A DNA stretch of 64,000 bases. It comes from Gemmatimonadales bacterium (GTDB lineage Bacteria > Gemmatimonadota > Gemmatimonadetes > Gemmatimonadales > GWC2-71-9). Position 1 is the stretch's first letter, and every line of letters starts with the position of its first letter. The position numbers and the translations under genes were made by a program. Location: the NCBI GenBank assembly GCA_039794085.1, contig JBDIWC010000005.1, forward strand, positions 32,001 to 96,000, in the 5' to 3' direction. The notes under the pieces were generated by a model, which was given only the letters and a program-made list of their open reading frames with translations, had not been told where the DNA came from and did no database searches. Positions 36,722 to 46,642 of this stretch are shown in pieces.

Positions 36722-39001
36722 ATGCAGGATGTCGATGAAATCGTACAGGAGTTCCTCGTGGAGTCGGTCGAGGGGCTTGACCAGATGGACCGGGACCTGG
36801 TGGCCCTCGAGAGACGGCCCGCTGACGTCGAACTGTTGGGCCGCATCTTTCGCTGCATCCACTCCATCAAGGGTGCCAGCGGATTCCTCGGGTTTTCCCG
36901 GCTCGGCGATGTGGCCCACGCCGGCGAGAGTCTCCTCAGCGAACTGCGTGACGGCCGCCTGGTACTCACGCCGGCGATTACCAGCGCCCTCCTCCAACTC
37001 GTCGACGCGATCCGCCTCATCCTGGACCACGTCCGGGACACGGGAAAGGACGGCACGGAGGAATGGGGGGCCTTGATCTCCCTCTTCCAGACCCTCCAGG
37101 GAGGGCACGACGGCAACGGGAATGGGAACGGGAACGGGAACGGGAATGGACACCACCCTGCGGAGTCTCCCGCCTTGGTCCCATCGGAAGAACTCGGGGA
37201 CGTCGCTGCCGCGGCCGACACCCCGGATCCGGAGTCCGCCGGGATTCCTCCCGGCTCGAGCCCACCGCCGGTGGCGCTGGAGCGCCGGACCGACACCGTG
37301 GCCCGGAGCAACATCCGGGTGGACGTGGGACTGCTCGACCGGCTCATGAACCTCGTGGGGGAGCTCGTCCTCGCCCGGAACCAGGTCGTGCGCCATACCT
37401 CGCTCAAGGCCGACGCCGGTCTCACCGCCACGGCCCAGCGGCTCAATCTGATCACCACGGAGCTGCAGGAAGGGGTGATGAAGACCCGCATGCAGCCCAT
37501 CGGCAATGTGTGGAGCAAGTTCCCCCGCGTGGTGCGGGATCTGGCGGTGCAGTGCCACAAGCAAGCCCGGATCGAGATGGAGGGCCGCGAGACCGAACTC
37601 GACAAGACCATCATCGAGGCGATCACCGACCCCCTCACCCACGTGGTCCGCAACTCGATGGACCATGGGCTCGAGGGACCGGAGGAACGCCTCGCCGCGG
37701 GGAAGCCCGCCGAGGGTCGTCTTCTCCTCCGCGCCTATCACGAGGGGGGACAGGTCAACATTGAGGTCTCCGATGATGGCCGCGGCATCGACCCGGACCG
37801 GATCAAGGCCAAGGCCGTCCAGAAGGGAATCCTCACCGCCGAAGTGGCGGCCCGCCTCGGTGAGCGGGAAGTCTTCGACCTGGTCTTCGCCCCGGGGTTC
37901 TCCACCGCGGCCGAGGTCACGGCGGTGTCGGGTCGCGGGGTTGGCATGGATGTGGTGCGCACCAACATCGAGCGGATCGGCGGCACGGTCGATCTGCAGA
38001 GCGTGATGGGACAGGGAACCACCCTCCGCATGAAGATCCCCCTCACCCTCGCCATCATCCCCGCCCTCACCGTGTCGAGCCGGGGAATACGCTACGCCAT
38101 TCCGCAGGTGAATCTCCTGGAACTCGTCCGCGTGGATCCTGCCGGTGCCGGGCCGGGGATCGAACTGGTTCACGACGCGCCGGTCTTTCGGCTGCGAGGG
38201 GATCTCCTCCCCCTCGTGGACCTGGCCCAGGCCCTCGGTGGACCCCGCAGGCACTGGACCGCCGGCGGATCGCAGGACGCGATCAGCATCGTCGTGCTCC
38301 ACGTCGACGGACGACCCTTTGGCCTGATCGTGGATGACATCACAGACACAGAGGAAATCGTCGTCAAGCCGCTCAGCAAGCTCCTGAAGAACGCCATGCT
38401 CTTCGCCGGCGCCACCATCATGGGCGATGGCTGCGTGGCCCTCATCCTCGACGTGCCAAGCCTGGCCCACAAGGCGGCGGTTCTCGCGACAGGCCAGGGC
38501 ACCCGCCGCGAAGTCGAGGAGGAGGATGACCAGGACCAGACCCGCCGAGCGGCGACCCGCCTCCTCATCTTTCATCTCGGGGATCATCACCGGATGGCGG
38601 TGCCACTCTCCGAGATCTCCAGGCTCGAGGAGTTCCCCGCCGATGCGGTGGAATGGGCCGGGCATGAACGCGTTGTCCAGTATCGCGGAGCCATCATGCC
38701 CCTCATCCACCTGGCCGACGTCCTGGGACACCAGGCGACGAGCCCGGTGTCCGGCCCCTTGCCGGTCGTGGTGTACGCGCGACGGGGCAAGCCGGTTGGC
38801 ATCGTCGTCGGAAAAATTCTCGACATCATCGAGGAAACTCTCCCCCCTGAGGTCGCGAATTCCGCCCTTCCCAGGCAGTCCGTCGTGCTCCAGGGCCGGG
38901 TGACCGACCTGCTGGATCTCGAGGCGGTGATCGCGTCCCACGATGTCGTGCAGCCCGACTCTGCCTACTCAACCCCGGCGCTTGCCGACACGGGAGTCTG
39001 A
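36722..39001 (+). CDS. cheA: Chemotaxis kinase CheA with two CheW domains
   Basis: Hpt IFRCIHSIKG, dimerisation LMNLVGELV, RNSMDHG, GFSTA..SGRGVGMDVV, two CheW-like domains. Confidence 0.96.
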   Translation: MQDVDEIVQEFLVESVEGLDQMDRDLVALERRPADVELLGRIFRCIHSIKGASGFLGFSRLGDVAHAGESLLSELRDGRLVLTPAITSALLQLVDAIRLILDHVRDTGKDGTEEWGALISLFQTLQGGHDGNGNGNGNGNGNGHHPAESPALVPSEELGDVAAAADTPDPESAGIPPGSSPPPVALERRTDTVARSNIRVDVGLLDRLMNLVGELVLARNQVVRHTSLKADAGLTATAQRLNLITTELQEGVMKTRMQPIGNVWSKFPRVVRDLAVQCHKQARIEMEGRETELDKTIIEAITDPLTHVVRNSMDHGLEGPEERLAAGKPAEGRLLLRAYHEGGQVNIEVSDDGRGIDPDRIKAKAVQKGILTAEVAARLGEREVFDLVFAPGFSTAAEVTAVSGRGVGMDVVRTNIERIGGTVDLQSVMGQGTTLRMKIPLTLAIIPALTVSSRGIRYAIPQVNLLELVRVDPAGAGPGIELVHDAPVFRLRGDLLPLVDLAQALGGPRRHWTAGGSQDAISIVVLHVDGRPFGLIVDDITDTEEIVVKPLSKLLKNAMLFAGATIMGDGCVALILDVPSLAHKAAVLATGQGTRREVEEEDDQDQTRRAATRLLIFHLGDHHRMAVPLSEISRLEEFPADAVEWAGHERVVQYRGAIMPLIHLADVLGHQATSPVSGPLPVVVYARRGKPVGIVVGKILDIIEETLPPEVANSALPRQSVVLQGRVTDLLDLEAVIASHDVVQPDSAYSTPALADTGV
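37112..37150 (+). repeat. (GGNAAY)6 in-frame repeat encoding (GN)6 in the CheA linker
   Basis: GGCAAC GGGAAT GGGAAC GGGAAC GGGAAC GGGAAT GGA. Confidence 0.85.
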
Positions 39002-39003
39002 CC

Positions 39004-39456
39004 ATGGCCACTCCTTCCCAACTCTGCACCTTCCAAGTGGACACCCTTTTCCTGGGCCTCAGTGTGGTCCAGGTGCAGGAAGTGCTACGGGAGCAGGAAA
39101 CCACCCCTGTCCCGCTCGCCGCGGACTCCGTCTCCGGACTCATGAATCTCCGGGGACAGATCGTGACCGCCATCGATCTCCGGACCATTCTCGGATTGCC
39201 GCCCCGCCCCGAGGGGAACCGTGCCATGAACGTGGTCATTCGAACCGCCGATGGCGCCGTGTCCCTGATGGTGGACGACATCGGGGACGTGATCGAAGCC
39301 GACGAGGACACCTTCGAGCCCCCACCGGACACCCTGATCGGCGTGGCCCGAAACCTCGTGCTGGGGGTGCACAAGCTCCCGGACGCTCTCCTCCATGTCC
39401 TCGACGTGGACCGCGTGCTCACCCTGGAATCGGTGCCGGCGGCCTGTGCCCCATAA
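39004..39456 (+). CDS. cheW: Chemotaxis coupling protein CheW
   Basis: VQEVL..TPVPLA..GLMNLRGQIVTAIDLR. Confidence 0.95.
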   Translation: MATPSQLCTFQVDTLFLGLSVVQVQEVLREQETTPVPLAADSVSGLMNLRGQIVTAIDLRTILGLPPRPEGNRAMNVVIRTADGAVSLMVDDIGDVIEADEDTFEPPPDTLIGVARNLVLGVHKLPDALLHVLDVDRVLTLESVPAACAP

Positions 39457-40678
39457 CACCTCCTTCAGACCTCCTCCCGCGGGAACCACGCCGGAGGAGG
39501 ACCGGGGGGGACACCCTCCGATCCGCATCCTCATCGTGGATGACTCCGCCGTGATCCGACGCCTGGTCAGCGGGGTGATCGAGACCGATCCGAGGCTCGA
39601 GGTGGTGTCCACCGCCCCCAACGGTGTCATCGCCCTCCAGAAGGTGGCACAGTTCCAGCCGGATCTGGTGATCCTCGACGTCGAGATGCCCGAACTCGAT
39701 GGTCTCGGAGCCCTGGTGGAGATCCGGAAGCACTGGCCCACTCTTCCCGTCATCATGTTCAGCACCTTGACGGAACGCGGGGCCGCCACCACCATCGACG
39801 CCCTCACCCGCGGCGCCACCGATTACGTCACCAAGCCCACGAGCCTCGGGAGCGCCGACCTGGCTCGCGAACGCGTGCGCGAACAATTGGTCCCCAAGAT
39901 CCTCGCCTTCTGCCGGCACCCCGGCCGGAGAACCCCGGTCGTCCCCCGAAGGCCCGGACTCTCCATCCCGGCAGCCCTCACCGCGAAGGCACCCCCTCCC
40001 GTTCGCCTTCCGGCCGCGCGGCTGGCACGGTCCCCTCGCCCGGTGAACGCGCTCGTGATCGGAGTGTCCACCGGTGGCCCCAACGCCCTGGCCACCCTGC
40101 TGCCGCAAATCGACGCCCGCTTCCCCGTTCCCATCCTCGTGGTCCAGCACATGCCGCCCATGTTCACCCGGCTCATGGCGGAGCGCCTCGATGCGATCTG
40201 CTCCCTGCACGTGGCCGAGGCGACGGAGGGGTGTGTGGTCGAGCCGGGGAACATCTGGATTGCGCCCGGAGACTTCCATATGGTGCCCCGGCGGGAGGGA
40301 AAGAGGGTCCTCCTCACTCTCGCCTCGACACCCCAGGAAAACTCCTGTCGCCCCTCGGTGGATCCGCTCTTTGCCGCGGCCGCGTCAATCTATGGAGCCG
40401 GGGTCCTGGGACTCATTCTGACCGGGATGGGTCAGGACGGACTGCGGGGCGCAGGAGAGATTCGGAAGGCCGGGGGACGGATCATCGTTCAGGATGAACC
40501 CTCCTCCGTTGTCTGGGGAATGCCCGGAGCGGTTGTCCGCGCCGGCCTCGCCGATGCCGTGGTACCCCTCGACACCATCGCGGCGCAACTTGCCCTGGCG
40601 GTCGCCGCCACTCCTCTCTCCTCCGAGGGCCCGTCCATGGCCACCACCGGAACGGCCAAGCCACTCCATGCCCATTAA
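39446..40678 (+). CDS. cheB: Chemotaxis methylesterase CheB (start uncertain)
   Basis: REC plus GVSTGGP, VQHMP, RPSVD, LTGMGQDG. Confidence 0.95.
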   Translation: MPHNTSFRPPPAGTTPEEDRGGHPPIRILIVDDSAVIRRLVSGVIETDPRLEVVSTAPNGVIALQKVAQFQPDLVILDVEMPELDGLGALVEIRKHWPTLPVIMFSTLTERGAATTIDALTRGATDYVTKPTSLGSADLARERVREQLVPKILAFCRHPGRRTPVVPRRPGLSIPAALTAKAPPPVRLPAARLARSPRPVNALVIGVSTGGPNALATLLPQIDARFPVPILVVQHMPPMFTRLMAERLDAICSLHVAEATEGCVVEPGNIWIAPGDFHMVPRREGKRVLLTLASTPQENSCRPSVDPLFAAAASIYGAGVLGLILTGMGQDGLRGAGEIRKAGGRIIVQDEPSSVVWGMPGAVVRAGLADAVVPLDTIAAQLALAVAATPLSSEGPSMATTGTAKPLHAH

Positions 40679-41519
40679 TCACGAGACCTTTGTGTGGGTT
40701 CGCGAAATGGTGCGCCGCCGCGCCGCCATCGTGCTGGAGGACGGAAAGGAGTACCTCGTGGAATCGCGACTCGGGCCCCTGGCCCGGGCCCGCGGCTGCC
40801 CCTCCGTCGATGCCTTGATCGCCACGATGCGGGGCCCCCAGGATCTTGCGCTCGAACGCGACATCATCGAAGCCATGACCACCAACGAAACCAGCTGGTT
40901 TCGGGACGTTCACCCCTTTGAAGCTCTGAAGACCTGTGTTCTCCCCGAGGTCATCGCCCGGCGCCAGGCGGAGCGCCGGATTCGGATCTGGTGTGCCGCC
41001 TGCTCAAGTGGCCAGGAACCGTACACGATCGCCATGACGATCCGGGAGCATTTCCCGTCGCTTCGAGACTGGGATATCAGTATTCTCGGAACCGATATTT
41101 CTCGCGAGATGGTGGAGCGCAGCGCCCGGGGACAATACGGTCAGATCGAAATGAACCGCGGCCTTCCCGCCTCCCTCCTTATCAAGTACTTCGAGAAGAC
41201 CGGGATGCACTGGCAGGTCAAGCCCGTGCTGTCCAGCATGTGCGAGTTTCGCGAACTCAACCTCATCGAGCGATGGGGAACCATGCCGGAAATGGACATC
41301 ATCTTTCTTCGTAACGTGTTGATTTACTTCGACGTCAGCACGAAGAAACAGATCATCTCCGGCATGGCGCGCATCTTGCCTCCGTGGGGGTACCTCTTCC
41401 TCGGCGGCGCGGAGACCACCCTCAACCTCGATGTGGGGTTTGAACGGGTCCAACTCGATCGCGCCGGGTGCTACCGGCCGACAGCCGCGGGAGGGCGACT
41501 TGCAATTTCTGGAAGATGA
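40668..41519 (+). CDS. cheR: Chemotaxis methyltransferase CheR
   Basis: TTNETSWFRD, WCAACSSGQEPY, GTDIS, RNVLIYF. Confidence 0.95.
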   Translation: MPINHETFVWVREMVRRRAAIVLEDGKEYLVESRLGPLARARGCPSVDALIATMRGPQDLALERDIIEAMTTNETSWFRDVHPFEALKTCVLPEVIARRQAERRIRIWCAACSSGQEPYTIAMTIREHFPSLRDWDISILGTDISREMVERSARGQYGQIEMNRGLPASLLIKYFEKTGMHWQVKPVLSSMCEFRELNLIERWGTMPEMDIIFLRNVLIYFDVSTKKQIISGMARILPPWGYLFLGGAETTLNLDVGFERVQLDRAGCYRPTAAGGRLAISGR

Positions 41520-41961
41520 ACTGAGGCAGGTGACGGAGATGGTGTGGGAATCCGTCCTCGGAGTGACCCTCCTCCGTCAGGAAGGGATTCCCGATCCCCC
41601 GGCACGACTTCTCGCCGGCTGTGTGCACGTGACCGGTGCGTGGGAAGGAGCGGTCCTCATCGAATGCTCGGCGCGGACCGCATCCCACGCGGCTGGCGTG
41701 ATGTTCGGCGCACCCTCCGACACCCTGGCAGAGGCGGATGTCCAGGATGCCCTCGGGGAACTGGCCAACATGACTGGGGGGAACGTCAAGGCGCTCCTCC
41801 CGGGTCCCTCGACCCTCTCCCTCCCCACGGTGGTTGCGGGGACGGAGTATACCACGCGGATTCCGGGAAGCACGCTGCTCTCCGCGGTGGCCTTCGACTG
41901 GGAGGGGGATCCGCTTGTGGTCCGTCTGATGCGAAGAACGCCGGGGGAGAATCATGCCTGA
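41500..41961 (+). CDS. cheX: CheX-family phosphatase
   Basis: DALGELANMTGGNVK (ExxN motif), LSLPTVV; TTG start inferred. Confidence 0.88.
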   Translation: MQFLEDELRQVTEMVWESVLGVTLLRQEGIPDPPARLLAGCVHVTGAWEGAVLIECSARTASHAAGVMFGAPSDTLAEADVQDALGELANMTGGNVKALLPGPSTLSLPTVVAGTEYTTRIPGSTLLSAVAFDWEGDPLVVRLMRRTPGENHA

Positions 41962-42331
41962 GGACCATCGGCGAGAAGTGAGCCGGGTGAACAGCCGCAT
42001 GCAAGCCGTGGTCACCCTGGGGGGAGGTGACCCGCAGGACGCCGAGTGCGAGAATCTCAGCCTCCTCGGGGCCCTGTTTCGCACGCCAGGGCGCCTTCCC
42101 CACGGGGCCGCGTGTACGGTGCGGCTGGTGCTCGATGGGGGCGAGAGCGATGTCACCCTGTCGGGAACAGTGGTTCGAGAGACGGCAGGTGGCGGGGCCA
42201 TCCGCTTCGATTCCGTCGTCGGGGCGGAAGCGCTGGAACACCTGCATAACCTGGTACTCTACAACAGTCATGAGCCCGAGCGGGTTGCCTCGGAATTTCA
42301 CGCCCACCTCGGCCTCCGGAGGGACTCATGA
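41954..42331 (+). CDS. PilZ-domain protein
   Basis: RREVSR (RxxxR) and NLSLLG (D/NxSxxG) c-di-GMP-binding motifs. Confidence 0.8.
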   Translation: MPEDHRREVSRVNSRMQAVVTLGGGDPQDAECENLSLLGALFRTPGRLPHGAACTVRLVLDGGESDVTLSGTVVRETAGGGAIRFDSVVGAEALEHLHNLVLYNSHEPERVASEFHAHLGLRRDS

Positions 42332-42374
42332 TCGGGGACAATGCTGTGACGCTCGCAGGAACGTGGAGGAACAC

Positions 42375-42752
42375 ATGACGGGACACGCGATGATTGTCGA
42401 TGATTCCCGGGCTATCCGGGGGATCATCGGAAACACCCTCAAGGAACTCGGGTTCCAGGTCGCCTCTGCCGGGAACGGCCGGGAGGCACTGGAGCAGCTC
42501 CCCAGTCTCCCGGCACTCGATCTCTTCCTGGTCGATTGGAACATGCCGGAGATGAACGGCTACGAGTTTCTTCAGGCCGTTCGCAAGGAGGCACAGTGGG
42601 ACAAGGTCCCCGTGGTGATGGTCACCACGGAAACGGAGTTTGGCCAGATGGAACGAGCGCTGGCCGCCGGGGCCGACGAATACATCATGAAGCCCTTCAC
42701 CCGGGATGTGCTCCGGGAGAAACTTCAACTTCTCGGGTTCGTCTGTGAATGA
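42375..42752 (+). CDS. cheY: CheY-like response regulator
   Basis: IVDDSRAIR, VDWNMPEMNG, MVTTE, KPFT. Confidence 0.88.
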   Translation: MTGHAMIVDDSRAIRGIIGNTLKELGFQVASAGNGREALEQLPSLPALDLFLVDWNMPEMNGYEFLQAVRKEAQWDKVPVVMVTTETEFGQMERALAAGADEYIMKPFTRDVLREKLQLLGFVCE

Positions 42753-45325
42753 CGGGATGGGGCCTGCTCACGAATCCAGAGCCGATGACGTCCCCTCCTG
42801 AGTATCCGGGCGCGGTGGGGAGAACGGGGTGTCCGGCCTCCCGCCGCTCCCAGTACCTGATTGCCGGGTTGGTCGCCGCGCTGACCATCTACCTCCTTCT
42901 CGACCTGGTTGTCGGGGGGCCGGTCAGCCGAATCCCTCCGGTCCAAGGCGCGACGATCCATCTGATCAGCGAGTGGACCACGCTGCTCTTCGCCCTCGGG
43001 ACCTTCGTCACCGTCGCGCTCCGTTTCTCGCGCGACGGGGAAGCACCCGCCATGGTCGTGGCCACGGGCCTCCTCCTCGCCGGCCTGGGCGACGGTGTCC
43101 ATGCGATCCAGTCCGCGGGATTTCTCCCCACCGCCAGGAATCCAGACCAGTGGTGCGCCCTCAGTTGGAATGCCAGTCGAACCATCAGCCTGGTCCTTCT
43201 GGCGTACGGTGGCCTGTGCATACAGGCGGGGAAGACCAGTCACCGGCGTTGGCGATGGGCGGTTCCGGCGGCAGTGACCTTGGGCCTGGTGGTCGCCGTC
43301 GTAAACTTCCTGACCTCGCGCTCTTTCGGGGCGACGGTGATCTTCCCGGACGCGACCGTGACGCGCCCGCTCGACGTGGTGCCCGCCCTCATGGCCGCGG
43401 CTCTCCTGGTTGCCCTTCCGCGCCACCACGATTCCTGGTGGCGGCGGTCCTGTCTCGGAGTCGGCATCTACGTCAGCCTCGTCCCGTTCCTCATCGGCCA
43501 AGTGCTCCTGGCGTTCGGGACCCGGGCGGAATTCGACGGTCCCTTTCTCGCGGCGCACCTTCTCAAGTTGGCGGTCTTCGGGTTGCCCTTCGTGGGAGCG
43601 ATGCTCGACTTCGGTGAGTCCCTCCGGATGACCCAGCAGATCGAGGAACACCTGGTGGACACGGCCAACCGCCTCGATGAGTCGCAGCGGGACCGGGAAT
43701 CGATGCTGCGTCATCAGGAACGCCGCTTCCGGAGTGTGTTCGAAGACTCGATCGATCCGATCATTCTGGTCCGTCTCGATGACTTCCAGATTCTCGACGC
43801 TAATCCAAGGGCCTGCCGCCTCCTCGGGTATGATCGCGGGGAACTCCGCTCACTGACGGCCGAGGCGATCCACCCCCACGAGATGGAGAGGCTCCGGACC
43901 TTCGCCCTCGGAGCCGCCGAAGTCGGGGGCGCCCGCTCCGCCGATTTCTCCTGCCTCGACCGGTGCGGCGAGAGGATACCGGTGGAGGTGTCCGCTTCGT
44001 TCTTCCCTGCCCCCGGTGGCGGCATGGTGCTCGTGGCCACCGTGCGCGACCTGCGGGCCCGCCTGGCCGCAGAAGCCCACCGGCGACAGCTGGAGGCCAA
44101 CCTGGCTCAGGCGGCCCGGGTGGAGGCGGTCGGCCGCCTGGCGGCAGGAGTAGCGCACGACTTCAACGGTTTGCTGACCGTGATCCTCGGGATCAGTGAC
44201 GATCTGCTGGCGCAGCAGGACCTTCCCCCTGATGTGCGCCAGGCGGTGCAGATGCTGGGCGAGGCCGGCGGGAAGGCATCCGCCCTGACCCAGCAGCTGC
44301 TCACATACAGCCGGAAGCAGGCTCTCACCCGCAAGCCGCTCGACCTCAATACCTCCGTGGCCGGGATCGAACACCTCCTCCGGAGAGCCCTCCCCTCCTC
44401 GGTGACTCTGCGGGTCAATCTCCTTGATTTCCCGGCCTGGGTCGACGCCGATCCCGGTGGCATCGACCAGGTCGTGATGAACCTGGGGCTCAATGCCCGG
44501 GATGCCATGCCGAACGGCGGCGACTTGGTGGTGTCCGTGGTGCGTTACCCCGCAGCGGAGGGTGGGGGCGTGGATCAGGTCGGCATCCGGGTGGCTGATC
44601 GGGGCGAGGGGATTCCCGAGGAAATTCTCCCCCACATCTTCGAACCGTTCTTCACCTCCAAGTCGCTGGGGCGGGGAACCGGACTTGGCCTGGCGACGGT
44701 ACAGGGGATCGCCCAGCAGCACGGAGGATCCGTAGCGGTCTCGCACAACCCCGGGGGGGGAACCGTCTTCGAGTTTCTGATTCCCGGGGGAAGGGGGAAT
44801 CCGGCTCCCGCAGTAACGACACCTTCGGATCCGGTGGTGGGATCACTGGAAGGGGTCAATGTGCTCCTGGCCGACGACGACGAAATGGTGCGCGAATCGG
44901 TGGCCCGGACCCTCGCCAGGCAGGGAATGACCGTGGTCACGGCCGACAGCGCCGCCACCGCTCTTCGGCACCTGGAATCGCACGGACCGGAACTGTTCGA
45001 CCTCCTCGTCACCGATGTGGTGATGCCGGGCACGAGTGGAATCGATTTCGCCCGCACTGTGGCCGCCCGGTGGCCCTTCATCCGTACCCTGCTCATCTCC
45101 GGATACAGTCCCGAGGGACTCCACCGCGAGGACGACCGGTCCTTCACCTTCCTCGCCAAGCCGTTCACCACGGAACGCCTCCTTGAGGTGGTGATGCGCA
45201 CCCTCCAGCCCGATCCCGCTCACCTCGCCGCGATCCCCGCGTCCGAATCGATCGTGCAGGTCATGTCTGACCAGGGAAGCAATCCCTCCTCTCGCACAGA
45301 ACCGCGCCCATCGTCGGCAAGCTGA
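42749..45325 (+). CDS. Membrane hybrid histidine kinase (MASE3-like TM region, PAS, HisKA, HATPase, REC)
   Basis: Multi-TM N-terminus; PAS; AHDFNGLL H-box; GTGLGL; REC DVVMPG. Confidence 0.9.
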   Translation: MTGWGLLTNPEPMTSPPEYPGAVGRTGCPASRRSQYLIAGLVAALTIYLLLDLVVGGPVSRIPPVQGATIHLISEWTTLLFALGTFVTVALRFSRDGEAPAMVVATGLLLAGLGDGVHAIQSAGFLPTARNPDQWCALSWNASRTISLVLLAYGGLCIQAGKTSHRRWRWAVPAAVTLGLVVAVVNFLTSRSFGATVIFPDATVTRPLDVVPALMAAALLVALPRHHDSWWRRSCLGVGIYVSLVPFLIGQVLLAFGTRAEFDGPFLAAHLLKLAVFGLPFVGAMLDFGESLRMTQQIEEHLVDTANRLDESQRDRESMLRHQERRFRSVFEDSIDPIILVRLDDFQILDANPRACRLLGYDRGELRSLTAEAIHPHEMERLRTFALGAAEVGGARSADFSCLDRCGERIPVEVSASFFPAPGGGMVLVATVRDLRARLAAEAHRRQLEANLAQAARVEAVGRLAAGVAHDFNGLLTVILGISDDLLAQQDLPPDVRQAVQMLGEAGGKASALTQQLLTYSRKQALTRKPLDLNTSVAGIEHLLRRALPSSVTLRVNLLDFPAWVDADPGGIDQVVMNLGLNARDAMPNGGDLVVSVVRYPAAEGGGVDQVGIRVADRGEGIPEEILPHIFEPFFTSKSLGRGTGLGLATVQGIAQQHGGSVAVSHNPGGGTVFEFLIPGGRGNPAPAVTTPSDPVVGSLEGVNVLLADDDEMVRESVARTLARQGMTVVTADSAATALRHLESHGPELFDLLVTDVVMPGTSGIDFARTVAARWPFIRTLLISGYSPEGLHREDDRSFTFLAKPFTTERLLEVVMRTLQPDPAHLAAIPASESIVQVMSDQGSNPSSRTEPRPSSAS

Positions 45326-45337
45326 CACTGGATCGTT

Positions 45338-46483
45338 GTGCACCGCCTCGCAGCCCCCTACGTTGCCCGCATGCACGTCCGGATATCCAAGGCTCCCGCC
45401 TTTCGCTCACTCGATCCCGAAGGCGACAATGGTGGGGTGCCTCCAGATACAGTGGCAACCTTCTTTCACACCCCCGTCGATCACCTCTTCACCCGGAGTC
45501 ATGCTCCACCGCCGGTGGTCGATCCCGCAACCTGGCGTCTCGAGGTCACCGGCTTGGTGGGCCGTCCTGTCTCGCTGTCCCTGGAGGATCTTCGCACCCG
45601 GTTCCCGGCTCGGGAAGTGGTGGCGACCATGGTCTGTGCCGGGCTCCGCCGCCACGAACTCCTCTCGGTGGCCCCCCTGCCGGGCGAACTCCCCTGGGGA
45701 CTCGAGCCCGTGGGAACCAGCGGCTGGCGCGGGGTGTCCCTCGCCGCCCTCCTCGATCACTGCGGAGTGGACCCCGCGGCGCGTCATGTGGAGGCGATCG
45801 GACTCGATGCGGTGCGCCGGGGGGATGAACCCCCGTTCGGATTCGGAGCCTCGATCGGGATCGAGAAGGCGCGGGACCCCGATGTCCTGGTGGCCTGGGA
45901 ACTTGACGGCAAGCCGTTGCCCACGGCGCACGGCTTTCCCGTACGTCTCGTCGTGCCGGGGTGGATCGGGGCCCGGAGCGTGAAGTGGCTTGGCCGGGTC
46001 GTGCTGCGCGAGGACCCGTCTCCCAACTACTTCCACACCAGGGCGTATAGGCTGCAGCGCACGGTCAACCCCGACGATCCCCGCGATGTCACCGCCGGTG
46101 AGGTGCTGGAGGAGGTGGCCCTCAACTCGGTGATCACCTCACCCGCCGAGGGTACCGGAGTGCGAGCCGGATCTGTTCCCGTAACCGGCTGGGCGATCGG
46201 GCCCGGGGCCGAGTCCCCCGCCCGGGTGGACCTCTCGGTCGATGGCGGGGTCACCTGGACTCCGGCCCCGATCGTGGAATCGGACGGGCGCTGGACTTGG
46301 CGCCTCTGGCACGCTACGGTCACTCTCCCGCCGGGCAGACACGAGCTGGTGGTCCGGGCCTGGGATCAGGCAGGCCGATGCCAGCCAGCGAGCGTGAGGG
46401 AGACGTGGAACGCCAAGGGGTACGCCAACAACGCCTGGCACCGGGTCACAGTTGACGTTCGAAGTGTGAAGTTCGAAGTGTGA
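45338..46483 (+). CDS. Sulfite oxidase-family molybdoenzyme
   Basis: CAGLRR Mo-ligand Cys, HGFPVRLVVPGWIGARSVKWL, C-terminal dimerisation domain WNAKGYANNAWHR; no export signal. Confidence 0.9.
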   Translation: MHRLAAPYVARMHVRISKAPAFRSLDPEGDNGGVPPDTVATFFHTPVDHLFTRSHAPPPVVDPATWRLEVTGLVGRPVSLSLEDLRTRFPAREVVATMVCAGLRRHELLSVAPLPGELPWGLEPVGTSGWRGVSLAALLDHCGVDPAARHVEAIGLDAVRRGDEPPFGFGASIGIEKARDPDVLVAWELDGKPLPTAHGFPVRLVVPGWIGARSVKWLGRVVLREDPSPNYFHTRAYRLQRTVNPDDPRDVTAGEVLEEVALNSVITSPAEGTGVRAGSVPVTGWAIGPGAESPARVDLSVDGGVTWTPAPIVESDGRWTWRLWHATVTLPPGRHELVVRAWDQAGRCQPASVRETWNAKGYANNAWHRVTVDVRSVKFEV

Positions 46484-46485
46484 AG
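46457..46485 (+). repeat. Heptamer-based tandem repeat (GTTCGAAGTGTGAA)x2
   Basis: Read directly; overlaps the sulfite oxidase stop. Confidence 0.7.
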
Positions 46486-46531
46486 GAGAAGGCGTCGGAT
46501 GAGGATCGGGGTTCCGAGCGTTCCTTGGAGC

Positions 46532-46557
46532 GTCATTCCGGCGAACGCCGGAATCCA
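46532..46557. repeat. REP-like palindrome GTCATTCCGGCGAACGCCGGAATCCA
   Basis: ATTCCGGCG-AA-CGCCGGAAT perfect hairpin. Confidence 0.75.
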
Positions 46558-46642
46558 CCCCCGGCTGGTACCGGGATCTCACACGAAGACACGAAGGCAC
46601 GAAGGGATATGGAGGCTCGAGCGTTCCTCGGAGCGTGCTCAC

